Below are positions 1-13,073 of a stretch of DNA of 64,000 nucleotides, in pieces. The stretch is from Octopus vulgaris (Eukaryota): NCBI GenBank assembly GCA_951406725.2, contig OX597825.1, positions 22,816,001 to 22,880,000 on the forward strand, given 5' to 3'. A model generated the notes under the pieces. That model was not told the DNA's origin and did not search any database. It saw only the letters and a list, made by a program, of their open reading frames with translations. The position numbers were made by a program, and so were the translations under genes. Numbering within the stretch: position 1 is the first letter of the stretch; each line of letters begins with the position of its first letter.

Positions 1-204
1 TTTGCTTGATTTATCGATGACTAACAATTTTCTCACCCCATATAAGGACATGTGAATGGAGTTGTATTAAGAAGAATTTTCAAGTAAATTCCGAACGCTC
101 AATTATTCGCAATTATATTTCCATATATTAATGTATTTACTAATTTAAGTATAGATGCACGCTGACACTTTTATATTCCTGATTATGCGTATATAGATAT
201 GTCC

Positions 205-282
205 CAGGTTGACTAAAGCCTTTTGAATGCATTTGGTAAAGGGAAACTAAAAGAAGTCCATCGTGTGTGTGTGTGTGTGCGC

Positions 283-313
<31 letters not shown>

Positions 314-520
314 TGTTTGTGTATGTGTTGTATTTGTGCTCCACTACCACATGATAACCAATGATATTTTGCTTAGCGGTTTAGTTGGCAGAAGACAAAC
401 TATAGAATAAGTACTAGGCTTAAAAATTAAGTCCTTGGATCTATTTGTGTGTCTAAAGCCTTCAAGGTGGTGTCCAAGCATGACTGTGGTTCAATGGCTG
501 AAACAAGTAAAAAGATGAAA
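205..520 (+). mobile_element. SINE family B (CORE-like, internal TG/TA microsatellite), degenerate 5'-truncated copy
   Basis: Matches the other copies in the window (AAAGCCTT..GGATTTGGTAGACGGAAACT..AAGAAGCCC, internal (TG)n, then GACAACC..TTAGCGGTT..AGAATAAGTACTAGGCTT..GGTGGTG..CAGCATG..TGAAACAAGTAAAA). Confidence 0.75.
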
Positions 521-1217
521 AACAAAATAAAACATTCAATCTTTAAACAACAACAATTTTTCGTCACTACTTTTGTAAAATACTTGCATATCCTAACACT
601 CTAACTTTCAGTTCTTCTTTGCCAAAGTCAGTACCACCTGTAGCATTCGTTCGGATTCTATTTTCACAACAAATGGTTATTACTCTGAAGCCCTTTTTTC
701 AATATATAACTCTGATACAAACTGAACTTTACACATACCCACAAACTACCTTCAATCATTTCATTAGTTAACCCAGTGCTTAAATAAGAAGGCTACGTTT
801 AGCGTATTTTTCCGATAACAAATATAGAGAGCATTGCAGTGTCTTGAATAAAATAGGAGTTGTTTTTGACATTTTTAAGTACTTATTTCCACATTGCGTA
901 ATCACGGTTCACTAAACTGTTCCATCTTATGGAAGAACGGGAAAGAGATTCCGGTCACAGTGACGATAACATTAATGTAAACAAATGCGGCTTTCTATCT
1001 CACCAATCACACCCACAAAACAGCAAGTCTCACAATTAAGTGAGAAAAACTATTCACTTAAAGTGAACAAATTTTTGGAAACGAAATATGCCCCCAAAAA
1101 CTATTCACTCAGCTGTAGGCAGACCAGAGTCCAGAATCCAGTGAGGACTTCTTGTTTGTAAAAGAATAATTGCGGCAAACAACAAACCCCCCTGGACCCA
1201 AAAAGCGAAACTCTTAC

Positions 1218-1274
1218 CTTACAGTTGAGCTTCTTTTTTAAAACTGTGACAAAATTGCCTTTGATTTTATCCAT
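1218..1274 (-). CDS. Possible first coding exon of a minus-strand gene continuing left of the window (MDKIKGNFVTVLKKKLNCK)
   Basis: AAAA-ATG-G start context, 19 open codons, then a strong donor AAG|GTAAGAG; lies in a non-repetitive 0.9-1.9 kb segment. No homology recognised. Confidence 0.25.
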
Positions 1275-1949
1275 TTTTATTTAAGGAAACAATGAGCCAT
1301 AGCAAATGGGATTTTTTAAAATATACAAATTTAAACATACTTTAAACAACCATCGGTTACAAGGGAACTCATTCGAAACACATCAGCACGAAAAACAACA
1401 AAACAAAACATACATTCTACTTAACAAGAACAGAGAGACCAGAGGGTAACGCCGTTTGCAGGAGAGGTTGGGAAAGTGAAAAGGGGATTAAAGTGTAGAG
1501 TTGGAAAGAAACAGGGAACGCTATGCTAAGAGAAGTTAAGGCACTATGGGTTAAGGCACTTGTGAACGTGATAGGGGGGATGAAGGGAGGAATGAACAGG
1601 TAGAAGAAAGTGACAATTAAGAAATTAGTAATTACCGATGAAGAAACGAAAAGCTAAAAATGAAAAATGACAAAACTGAAAAACGAGGAGAAAATGAGAA
1701 AATGAAAAGAAGCTGAGATAGTGTGAAACGAGGAGTTTTAATAGATTACACGAACTGTGAGGAGACTCATGGAAATCCCCGTTTAGAATTCCAGAAGGAT
1801 TTTAATTTTTTTTCCAGAAATTATTTTTTTTAATTTCAAAAGTTTGAAAGATCAAGACTTGAAAACATTTTTTTCAAAACTTAGTTTCCCCCAAATCTAT
1901 TGGGGTAATGCAAAAATTGCCATAGTCTAACGCATTATTCTATTTAACA

Positions 1950-1970
1950 TCTCTCTCTCTCTCTCTCTCA

Positions 1971-2003
<33 letters not shown>

Positions 2004-2439
2004 TACTCTCTTCTCGGCAATAACTAAAGAACAGCATTGATACACGAAGAACTAATAAAATAGCAATAATATACACGGTGATAGTTGCAGCAACAACAAT
2101 AATAACAGCAGTGCCGAAAATTCGAAAACTGAAGAAAATTAATAAAAATAGCAACTAATACAATAGCATCTACTACTACTACAACTACTACTACTGCTGC
2201 TGCTGCTGCTGCTACTACTGCTACATCTGCTGCTGCTATAATGGCAGACGACAGCAGTACCAAGAGTAGCAGCAGCATTGTTTAGAGGAAGAATAACAAG
2301 AGCGAAATAACACGCATTTCCTTTTGCTTCGGGGTGACCTTCGTTGGCACTAGCTGACCCGGATCTTTTGAAAAGATCCACTGATCCTACGTGTTCCTCT
2401 GTCACTAATACTACTACTAATACTACTACTACAATTACA

Positions 2440-2470
<31 letters not shown>

Positions 2471-2475
2471 GTAAT
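1950..2475. repeat. Compound microsatellites (CT)n(CA)n, (ACT/GCT)n, (AAT)n
   Basis: Directly visible tandem units. Confidence 0.9.
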
Positions 2476-2675
2476 AGGCGCAGGATTGGCTATGTGATAA
2501 GTAGCTTACTTATCAACCACATTTCCCGGGTTCAGTCCCTCTGCGTGGCACCTTGGGCAAATGTCTTCTACTATAACCTCGCGTCGCCCAAGGCCTTGTG
2601 ATTTGGTAGACGGAATCTGGAAGAAGCCTGTCGTATATGTATATGTATATATATATATGTGAGTTTGTGTGTGTG

Positions 2676-2719
<44 letters not shown>

Positions 2720-2927
2720 TGTGTCTGTTTGTCCCCCCAGCATTGCTAGACAACCGATGCTGGTGTGTTTACGTCCCCGTAACTTAGCGGTGGGGCCAAA
2801 GACTGATAGAAAACGTACTAGGCTTACAACGAATAAGCTCTGGGAGCAATTTGCTCGACCATAATGGCGGTGCTCCAGCATGGCCGCAGTCAAAATGACT
2901 GAAACAAGTAAAAGAGAAAGTTAAGAG
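2476..2927 (+). mobile_element. SINE family B, near full length
   Basis: tRNA-like head (TGGCTATGTGA A-box-like, GGTTCAGTCCC B-box-like), CORE-like ACCTTGGGCAA, internal (TA)/(TG)n, 3' tail ending AAACAAGTAAAAGAG. Confidence 0.85.
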
Positions 2928-2933
2928 AGATAG

Positions 2934-2955
2934 TATAATAATAATAATAATAATA

Positions 2956-3014
<59 letters not shown>

Positions 3015-3061
3015 TATTATCATTATTATTATTATCATTATTATTATTATTATCATTAGTA

Positions 3062-3110
<49 letters not shown>

Positions 3111-3167
3111 CATTATTATTATTTTTTTTTTTATTATTATAGTAATCGTGATGATGATGATGATGAT
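2934..3167. repeat. (AAT)n abutting (ATT)n, then (GAT)n
   Basis: Directly visible; the AAT-to-ATT switch near 2956 is self-complementary. Confidence 0.9.
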
Positions 3168-3531
3168 CAGCAAAAGATTTTAAAAACACGTTCAAATAAA
3201 ACATATTTTGTAAATTTAAGAGCAGAAAAAAGACGGGTGCAAACAAGAAAACACAGTGTAAAATATCAGCTTGTAGATATTCGTGGTTTTTCGTAAACGC
3301 TTTTCCAACACTTGACTTGTTACTGTGAAAACAGGCACCTACATGTCTGTGGTTTTCGATTGGACTGAAATTACCCTAAAATTGGCAACTTTAAAAGCTA
3401 TCAAGTGTTTGGTTATTGATTTATGGCGAAAACGAAATTTATGTCGAAATTGAACATACAAAACTAAACCAAATTTGAAATCAATTGGAACCAAATTGAA
3501 GAGATTCAAAAACAGGAAAGATCTCCACTAC

Positions 3532-3575
<44 letters not shown>

Positions 3576-3589
3576 TAGGGCCAATTTGA

Positions 3590-3920
3590 TTCTTTTTCTT
3601 TTTGCTGTTATTTTTCTATTGTTCGTTTTTCTTTTAATGTAGTCACCTACTTTTTTTACATATAACAAGGAGAGTCCTCTTTACGCTGATGGTCGACATC
3701 CCATCCCCACCCGATTGAAGTCTGCTGCCGGTCCTTTCGGTGCTTTTAGCGAAGTTCCAAAAGTTGCAAGCATTCAATGCAAGCCTCTGCCCTAGGGGTC
3801 ATGATCTATCCAAGCTCTCCACCGAATCTTTACACTCCTCTCTCACATGTGAGGACTTCTCTCTACTTTAGATCTATATTATTTCACTTCTATGCAGCAA
3901 CGACCGACTTGCCGCCACGT
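3590..3920 (-). mobile_element. Probable 3' end of an L1/Tx1-like LINE (degenerate)
   Basis: GC-richer segment with an A-rich tail on the minus strand; style similar to the Tx1-like remnant at 42700-43190. No clean ORF. Confidence 0.3.
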
Positions 3921-3949
3921 TAACAACAACACCCTCTTTCATACAGATG

Positions 3950-4053
3950 ATGCTATAGTAGAAGACACTTTCCCAAGGTGCCACGCAGTGGGACTGAACC
4001 CGGGACCATGTGGTTGGTAAGCAAGCTACTTAACACACAGCCACTCTTACGCC
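3950..4053 (-). mobile_element. SINE family B, 5' portion
   Basis: GCTATAGTAGAAGACACTT.CCCAAGGTGCCACGCAGTGGGACTGAACCC...CACACAGCCACTC is the reverse complement of the family B head. Confidence 0.85.
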
Positions 4054-4348
4054 TATATGTATATAAAAGGTGAAAGGTTGTAAGATAAAAGGCAAGTTTG
4101 TTGCGTGTTTTGAAAAAATAAATTTCTACAATTTCATTTTATAAAGGCGTATGAATAAATATTAACTAAAATCTGAAATACATATATATGGTACTCAAAT
4201 GTCACTCACAGGAAAGAATTATTAAAGAAAATATAATTTCGACACAGCTAATTAAAAGTTTCCTCTTTTCTCAACTAGACAAATCAGCCTGAAAATAAAG
4301 AGGAATTTAGATTGGCCTTCTATGAAAACTCAGTAATGATATGGTTCT

Positions 4349-4535
4349 CTAAATTACATTGGGCAGATTAGAAAGATATCCGGGGACCTCAAATGCTGAT
4401 CTATGTAACCCTGTAGCTTGATATGAAGAAATAAATTCTGTACGATTCATCTTCTGCACTGATTTGTCGAAGGGTAGGTTATAATGCTGCTGAGAAGCCC
4501 CAGGGTAGAATGTAATGGCAAAGCTTTTGCAACGA
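4349..4535 (-). CDS. Possible terminal coding exon (..RCKSFAITFYPGASQQHYNLPFDKSVQKMNRTEFISSYQATGLHRSAFEVPGYLSNLPNVI*)
   Basis: About 61 open codons of complex composition in unique DNA, preceded on the minus strand by TTTGTTTTATTTTTCC...TTCAG acceptor-like sequence. No homology recognised. Confidence 0.25.
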
Positions 4536-4904
4536 CTGAATATTATCAGTGGAAAAATAAAACAAATATTTTTACTGTGAGAAAGAATAATAAAAAACAA
4601 TAAATAACTAAATAACTAAACTTTCCTTTGATTTAAACTTTTGCTAGATATAATGTTTATATTTTACTACTGTTGCCATAACAGGCATGGCAAAATTTTT
4701 AGGAAAGAAGGCCGAATGAGACGTAGTTCATTATTAGGCGGACCGCAATATTAAAAGATAATAATTCAAGGTAATGCTTTATTAGTTTGTGCTTTAAATA
4801 ATTCTGCACGCTGTTTTCATGGAAATTTAACTCATAATCGCAACTAGTCGAAAGTTCTACCATTTGCACCAAAGGAGCTTGTGTTTTTTATTTAATATTC
4901 TTTT

Positions 4905-5055
4905 GTACTCTATGCACAAGGCCCGACATTTTTTGGGAGGGGATTAGATCGACCCCTGTATGCAACTGGTACGCAGAAGGGACTAAACATTGCGCAGAAG
5001 AGACTAAACATAGAGGGGACAAAGAAAGACAGACAAAGGGATTAAGTCGATTACA
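4905..5055 (-). mobile_element. SINE family C 3' fragments
   Basis: TCGACCCC.G..TGCAACTGGTAC and CTAAACATAGAGGGGACAAA..GACAGACAAAGGGATTAAGTCGATTAC match the copy at 58737-58970. Confidence 0.7.
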
Positions 5056-5074
5056 ACGACCCCATATATATATT

Positions 5075-5261
5075 TTTTTTCTCCATCTCTTGTTGCCCAC
5101 TTTGGGATCTTTCTTTCCTCTCTCTTCCTTCTTTATGTTTCCGACGAAGAGCTCCGCTCGAAACGTCATACCTTCCTGCTTCCATATTTCCTGAGCGCCT
5201 ATTAATAATAATACTGTAATTGTTCCACGTGATGTTGTTTTTTTGTTTTCCCGTTTGGATT

Positions 5262-5268
<7 letters not shown>
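5075..5268 (+). mobile_element. Short HHR-bearing element (family H1; Penelope-like pLTR/retrozyme-like) ending at (TA)n
   Basis: Homologous to 25253-25465 (minus) and 32630-32776; all end TTGTTCCACGT..TGTTGT..TGGATTAA followed by microsatellite. Confidence 0.7.
5137..5171 (+). ncRNA. Minimal type I hammerhead ribozyme motif (U4C variant)
   Basis: GTTT-CCGACGA-A-GAGC(TCC)GCTC-GAAA-CGTC|ATAC; palindromic stem III ACGU, GUC cleavage triplet; core has C in place of U4. Confidence 0.55.
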
Positions 5269-5319
<51 letters not shown>

Positions 5320-5335
5320 ATGTATGTATACACAC

Positions 5336-5377
<42 letters not shown>

Positions 5378-5394
5378 TCTAACGTGCGTGTCTT

Positions 5395-5605
5395 TGCGTC
5401 TGTGTTTTTCCCTCACCACCGCTTGACAACCGGTGTTTTTGTAGTGAAATCCTCATAAGTTAGCGGCTCGGCAAAAACAAAAAAAACTTACATTAACTAC
5501 CAGGCTTTAAAAAAAGTACTGGTGTCGATTCGTTCGATGAAAAATTGCAGAAGGTGGTGCCGCAGGATAGCCTCAGTCTAATGACTGAAACAAATAAACG
5601 ACAAA
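5395..5605 (+). mobile_element. SINE family B, 3' half
   Basis: CACCACCGCTTGACAACCGGTG..TTAGCGGCTCGGCAAAA..GTCGATTCGTTCGA..AATGACTGAAACAAATAAA. Confidence 0.75.
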
Positions 5606-6289
5606 ATATATAGTAGAAATTGGCAAGTCAGAAAGTTTACAGGACATCTCTTTGATAATCCAAACGAAGGCGTTAAATGGAAATTAGATTGAATTATAGA
5701 ATAAAAAATGCTAAAATACGAAGTAGGAACCTGTTATGGAGATATGAGAAAATGTGTAAATGTAATGCATATGGGTGGAACTAGTTTAATAAACCAATTT
5801 ATAATATGCTATAAATTGTGATAAGATATAGGTACGAGCGGACAAACGTAGAATGCTAAGTATAGGAATGTGAATGAATGAGAAATATATGGAAAACAAT
5901 AATATTGCATCAGAATTATTGAATGGAAAGCTACTGAGGAAAACATACAAATAGAATTATGCGTTTGTGAATCTTAAGAAGAATAAGGAAATATGTAGGA
6001 GTTATAAGACAATTTATATCAATATGAATGCGTGATAACGAGAAAGGACGGTAAATTTATAGAAATAAACACTTCGAGATAAGGCACATTGAAGATTATG
6101 TGCAACAATACAATGTATGGAATAAATAACATTAGACAATATATGGTAGCTTTGTGAGAGAAAAATTACGGAGGACAATACATAGAAATAAAATCAGCGA
6201 GAAACATTCGTCAGATAAAGCAGAAAAATACAAATTGCAGAGATAATCCGGATGAACACAAAACCACACGCACGCAGCCACACACCTAT

Positions 6290-6372
6290 CAGACATACAC
6301 TTGTGTGCGCGAGCGCGTGTGTGCATGAATATATATGCGTGTACCTGTACATATATATATATACATATGTAA

Positions 6373-6431
<59 letters not shown>

Positions 6432-6471
6432 CATATATAAATATATACATATATAAATATATGTATGTGTA

Positions 6472-6518
<47 letters not shown>

Positions 6519-6591
6519 AAGCATGCATAGATATAGATATACACATATATGCATTTATGCGAACGTATGCATTCATACATATATGTATGTG

Positions 6592-6630
<39 letters not shown>

Positions 6631-6900
6631 GTATATATATATGTATTTGTGTGTGTGTATATATATACACGCATATATATACATACCAAAATACATATAC
6701 ATATATACAAACGCACGTATATAAATATATATCTGTGTTGTATATAAATACATTTATATATATATTTATATAATGCATTTATGTATACATGCATGGATGG
6801 ATGTATACAAGCATGCATGTATGTATGTATGTATGTATGTATGCATGTATGTATGTATGCATGTATGTGTGCATGCATGCATGTATGTATCTATGCGCGT
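6290..6900. repeat. Compound (TA)/(TG)/(TATG)/(CATG) microsatellite
   Basis: Directly visible; source of the YI/CV ORFs. Confidence 0.95.
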
Positions 6901-7512
6901 GAGTATTGTGTAGGAAAGACTTCTGGTTATAACGGATATTCGCAACAAAAAAAAATGAAATGACTAGAAAGAAAATTACAAATATAAGATGACAACGCGT
7001 ATAAATATGTGATGATGAAAAAACAAAAGCGTTATTGAACGACATTAATAGAAATATTAATGTTTCAGAAAATGTATGGAAAAATAACAACTCATAACAA
7101 GAAAAACTCTGTAAGAAAAGATACAGCATGACAAATTACGACTATGCAAATGTATGAGGAACATCACTACAAGAATTACAAAAGAATATGAACGTGTGAA
7201 AGAATGTATAGAAGACAAGATACATAGGCAAGTGTGTATGTTTGTATGTGTTTATTTATTTATTAAATAATGAATGATTGACTAAAATAAAAAAGCTAGT
7301 AATGTTATTAATATGAATAGTTGAGAAAAGTTATTAAAAAAAAAGACAATAGATGAAACGCGCATTCTATGTAAAAGTGATGTATATATATGTATATATA
7401 AATAAAAATTGCTAAGAAAAATTTAAGGCAAATATTGCAGAGACAAAACAAAATCGAATAGTTTTTTGTAAAAAAAAGAAAATGAAAATGAAAAGGATAA
7501 GTAAATGGAATA

Positions 7513-8045
<533 letters not shown>

Positions 8046-8459
8046 AGTGAGGACTGTATTGAAATATTAATTTCTCAGGCAAATCAAATGAATAGAATAG
8101 ACAGTATGTATGGCTGTGAAATCTAATTGAAAACACATACATACATGCATACATGCATACATGTATACGTGTATATACATGTATTCTAATATTTAGGAGT
8201 ATTACTAAATATACGTGACAAAGGATTAAACGTTATCAGAGCTAATGCCTATGGTGCCTCTGTTCCTGCGCCTATATAGATAACATGTAGCAATGATATG
8301 TTAATGTAATACAAAGTGGGATCTCCATAATGCTGAGAAAAATATTGTTGTTACCGATGTTGTTGCAGCTGAAGGGAATTTATACATTTATTTTAATAAG
8401 CTACAGAACCGAATATGTGTTTTTGTTCTAATAAGGAAGCTACTTAAGTTTATATTTCG

Positions 8460-8668
8460 CTTTTGGATTTGGTTTACAAGATTCTTTATACGAGTTCGTG
8501 TGTTGAAGCATATTCTGTTGTGTCTGGGGAAAGTCATTTTCTTTTTGTGCCTTATAATTTAACACACACACCGCTAAAATTTCCACTTATTTCTTATTTT
8601 TATTTTCCTAAACTTTTCGTTGCGTCTTGCAACCTTTTCAAGTCTTGACTCAAGACTATTGAAAAGGT
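8460..8668 (+). mobile_element. Short interspersed element, homologous to 50575-50790 (opposite strand)
   Basis: TGGATTTGGTTT.CAAGATTCTTTAT..GAGTTCGTGTGTTGAAGCATATTCTGTTGTGTCTGGGGA..TCATTTTCTTTTTGTGCCTTATAATTTAACACAC is shared; ends in hairpin ACCTTTTCAA-GTCTTGA.TCAAGAC..TTGAAAAGGT. Confidence 0.75.
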
Positions 8669-8671
8669 GGC

Positions 8672-8675
8672 GATG

Positions 8676-8736
<61 letters not shown>

Positions 8737-8767
8737 CAGCAGTAGCAGCAGTAGTAGCAGCAGCAGC

Positions 8768-8847
<80 letters not shown>

Positions 8848-8861
8848 CAGCAGCTGCAGCA
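8672..8861. repeat. (AGT)n/(AGC)n microsatellite
   Basis: Directly visible. Confidence 0.95.
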
Positions 8862-9717
8862 GGGATTTCCGGAGGGTCAATGTTGGTAAAAAAATCAGGA
8901 CAGTGGAGACATACAACACACCAAACAAAAATCAACAAGGAGGGCCGTTAAGCCAGGCGATGTAAGGTAGCAAACACTGGAGGAATATTTTTTAATAAGA
9001 GAAAAGATAGGAGTCGGGACAGATAAGAATGTGTCGGTTCATATAATTATATGATTCAACGCCTCGCATCCATTTTCAAGTAAGTTTATCGTATATAATT
9101 CACAGGGGTGAAGATTTTCTATTGAAACGCCTTAATACCCTGGTATAAGAAAGCAATTTCCTTTTAAGTGCCGAAAAATGTGTATTTTCTCTCATGAAAA
9201 AGAACAAAACTGTCAGCTGGAGGAGGGAGAGATTGTTGGAGGTTGGCGAGAGAGGTTTTCGGAGGTTGGCGAGAAAGATTGTCGGAGGTTTGTGAGAGGC
9301 AAAGACATTATTCTGCTTAGCGAAGGCATCTGGGAAACGTATAACTGCTGTCATTCACAGAAAAATAATTGTTTTGCCGTGAGAAAATACTGTTGAAGTG
9401 AAATTTGACAATCGTGTATCGAATTGACGCTATGCCTGCATGAAACCACTACAAATACGTTGTGGAATACAAAAAAAAAATATCTACAGTCATGGAAAAA
9501 GAGCAACTGTAAAAATGGGGAATTATCGGAGTAATGGGCAGTCAAAAAAGTATGTATGTATGTATAGAAAGGTATGAATGAAGTCTTTAATGTTTAAGAT
9601 TCAAGTTAAGGAACTGCAATAATAATGTTCAGCAGTTCAAAACTGTGAGTAGTGAAATGCAGAATTAAATCGGCTGATCATGAGAATCTAATGTTGATCG
9701 CTTCGCTAAAATTTGCA

Positions 9718-10240
9718 AGTGGTACTTGTTATTTCCCTTGGGCTGTTTAAATAAAATATTAGTAATATATAGTAGTAAGAAGGATCCATTGCAAGGGCGC
9801 TATTACCGATTTATTCAACAAACTAAGTATGTCACGAGGTTTCCAAACATGAGTTCTACTCACGTGTCAAATAAAGTATAAAAGTGATATTGTCTGCAAA
9901 AATTAGAAATAGAACAGACAAAAAATCAATATTCAAAGAAATCGAACATAAACAATAATATCGGTTATTTCCCTTGAGTGCTTAAAAATATTGTGCAGGT
10001 GCTATGGGTTATTTCCTTTGGGTGCTTAGAAAATTTTTTTATATGTGGTAAATATTAAGGTCCCTTCCAGGGGCCGTATTATCGACTTTTTGAACAATCT
10101 ATGTATGTCCCGAGGTTTCCAGACATGGGTTCTACTCACGTGTAAAGTTTCATCAAAATCAATAAAACGCTGTAGGAGGAGATAGCTAACAACGCCACAA
10201 ACAAACACACCGATTGTCCATATATGAGTAGATACAAAAA
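9718..10240 (+). mobile_element. Non-autonomous Helentron/DINE-like element with internal tandem duplication
   Basis: Two diverged units (about 9725-9870 and 10008-10145: GTTATTTCCCTTGG...CGAGGTTTCCA.ACATG.GTTCTACTCACGTGT) followed by AAAGTTTCATCAAAATC..GCTGTAGGAGAG..ACAAACAAACACAC, a DINE-1/HINE-like core. Homologous to 43490-43710 (minus). Confidence 0.55.
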
Positions 10241-10899
10241 CAGCCATACAAATAATCCAATAATACTATTCCACATATATTAAAATAGCCATACTAACAA
10301 TTTAACATCACCTGGGCAGTACCATTCAGTCCGGCGGTGTCACTAGCACTAATAAGTGTTGTTTGAGAACAAACAAACCAAAGAATCTACAATTTTCAAA
10401 CACATTTCCCCTATGTACAGCCATATCGGTAAATAAATTCAATAAGTAAATTGCAACGAACTCCTAAACACGTAACTAAACAGTGACAACTCTATTAAGT
10501 CATGCAAAAATTATAATCCCTGCCGTCTTCCATAGTGTAATATAAAAGTGACAGCTTAATAACCACCTTCATGCAATCAATCAATTTATCGGCAGGATTA
10601 AACACTAACTTTAATAAAACTACAACAAAGAAACATATAAAACAATGTACATTTTATCGGTATTAACAGTAAACTGCAATAACTAAATTACATGCTAAAT
10701 CGCGACCAATTTTTAAGTCCATACAAATAATAATCCCACCAGCCTTCCATAGTTACTACTATGATAAAAGTTAAAGCTTTATATAAGTCTATCCAAAACA
10801 AAACAAACATAATTGAAATTAATTTAACTAATAATATAATAATTATGAGTGAAATACATTATTTCCTCATTCAAAAGTTAATGATAAAACACTCCATAC

Positions 10900-11350
10900 T
10901 CATTTGTTACTGGTAATATTAAATTACCAGTAACAAATAAAGGTTAATTTTATTAAATAGGAACTAACAAAAGTACCCAGTTATTAAACTCCTCCAGTTT
11001 AACCTTATATGTGAAACTCAAATTAACTATAAACTCATTAATGGCTTTTAATATAACTTTCTTTAAATTATGTTTACTAATTTTACTTTGTTATCTTGTC
11101 CCTTTCCTCATAATCTCCCTCAGTTCTTTATTTTTATAATATCCAAATTTCCTGCACAAGCATGCCCTATTTCTTTATAACACAATCTCGAATTAGCACA
11201 TTCACAATCTCCTAAGTATATTTCTTTGAAACCTTCAAAACTGATTTTAGGTAGGAGCTTATTATAATTAGGTATTACAAATCTTCTTAACAAGCTTTTA
11301 ACAAATCTTGACATTTATATGTCTAACATTTTCTGGGAAATTGTTTTTTT
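10900..11350 (-). pseudogene. Degenerate retroelement protein fragment, probably Penelope-like RT N-terminal region
   Basis: ORF 11120-11314 ends CECANSRLCYKEIGHACAGNLDIIKIKN and continues after a frameshift LREIMRKG, resembling a CxC..GH..G.L.II.N..LR...KG motif I recall upstream of invertebrate PLE RTs (unverified). Confidence 0.35.
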
Positions 11351-12689
11351 GTTTTATCATTTCTAATTACATTACTTAAATTAACCTCATCGATGAAATT
11401 ACTAACATAGTATTTTTAAAAATTCAACTTTAACATTATTGGTTTTCACATTAGCCTTTTGCATTAACTTATTACAAAATGTATCCACTAAAAAACTGAC
11501 TTCAGATTATTCTCTATGTCATATCTCCATTATATTTAAATATGGTCTAAGAACATTCTCTTAACATTATATAACAACCGTAATATTTTTTTATATGTAA
11601 ATCATTAAGTTTAGCCCAAACCAAAGAGACATCTTTTCCAACCTTATTTCTTTTTTTATCCCGCGCTCATGGCTACGTTTCGTTCTGACCACTGGTTGTG
11701 AGAAATATATTCCTCCTGTATCAGTATTACTAGATACGTTCCCTACACTTAAACTTTTATCATTCTAGACCTAGCGGGTATATGCTACATGATACCTTAG
11801 CCCAATACCATTCTTCCTCTAAAAGTCTCTGTCTAACATTATTCACACTGTCATGTTATGCAAATGACTGATCATTCCTCAGACACCTGTACACTTAAAG
11901 TAATTCTTAGCATGACATAGTGTGTGAGAAGACACTACCATTTGAATTACAGGTGCAATCCACCCGAGACGGTTCTCTACAGTTTTCTTCTACTTAATAT
12001 CTCTCACAAAGTAAAAGTCCACCGGATTCTGCAGATGCCCTTGACACTACACAGAAGGATTCAACCAGGATCTTGTAGTAGCAAAGTAAACTTTTTATCA
12101 ATTCGGCCATACAGAGCCGATTTGTGCTTGTTTTGGGAACGATCTCTGTATACGAAGAAATTGTATCTGTAGGTATTATGTACTAGAGGCTGCGTGATGG
12201 TTGTAAGTTGGCTGTATGGAGAATTGTATATAGGTTGGTGTCATCTAGTGGCAGGTACTATATTTTTTTTAACAAACCACAGACAAGTATAAAAATTTTG
12301 AGGACTCCGTTGTCAACACTCTGGTATTATATGCGCCTATCATCAGGCAATTTGAAAGCCGGTTTTAACTAACCTCTTATCGTATGTAAACATGAACAGA
12401 ATAACTAAAGCTTAAGAGGATATTAAGGACATCACAATCACAAAAGGCTCCCGTAATCTGTCTCGAAGTAAAAAAATGTTTTCTGTATTATGTAGAATTG
12501 TTCTGTTCCCTACGGGGTATACAGAAGTTGAGAGTAACGGAGCCTTTCGCAAGCACTGTGTCCGTCTCGAGCATTAGTTCTTCTCATATTTTTACATACC
12601 AACCAGGTTTAGCTAAGACTGATTTTTGGTTCGTTTGATCGTAGGCGAATGTATTAAAATTTTGGTTCAATAATGCATTTAGTAGGTTT

Positions 12690-13073
12690 GTGGAGGCGCA
12701 ATGGCCCAGTGGTTAGTGTAGCGGACTCGCGGTCGTAGGATCGCGGTTTCGATTCCCAGACCGGGCGTTGTGAGTGTTTATTGAGCGAAAACACCTAAAA
12801 GCTCCACGAGGCTCCGGCAGGGATGGTGGTGATCCCTGCTGTACTCTTTCACCACAACTTTCTCTCACTCTTACTTCCTGTTTCTGCTGTACCTGTATTT
12901 CAAAGGGCCGGCCTTGTCACTCTCTGTGTCACGCTGAATATCCCCGAGAACTACGTTAAGGGTGCACGTGTCTGTGGAGTGCTCAGTCACTTACACGTTA
13001 ATTTAACGAGCAGGCTGTTCCGTTGATCGGATCAACCGGAACCCTTGTCGTCGTAACCGACGGAGTGCTTCCA
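12690..13073 (+). mobile_element. SINE family A (tRNA-derived head), full length, tail type 1
   Basis: A-box TGGCCCAGTGG, B-box GTTTCGATTCC; 10-bp TSD TAGTAGGTTT at 12680-12689 and 13074-13083; near-identical to 59757-60150. Confidence 0.92.

Noticed and set aside
8463-8648. ORF MDLVYKILY... similar to ORF 50598-50792
   Set aside because: Both lie in copies of one short non-coding repeat; there is no coding evidence.
12690-12770. tRNA-like sequences at SINE heads (also 18190, 30999, 59757)
   Set aside because: A and B boxes are present but there is no proper acceptor stem, and they continue into repeat bodies, often with TSDs; they are SINE heads, not tRNA genes.
12774-13026. Conserved peptides repeated at 59841-60092 ([13 protein letters not shown]...)
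   Set aside because: Identity reflects two copies of the same SINE, not a protein family.
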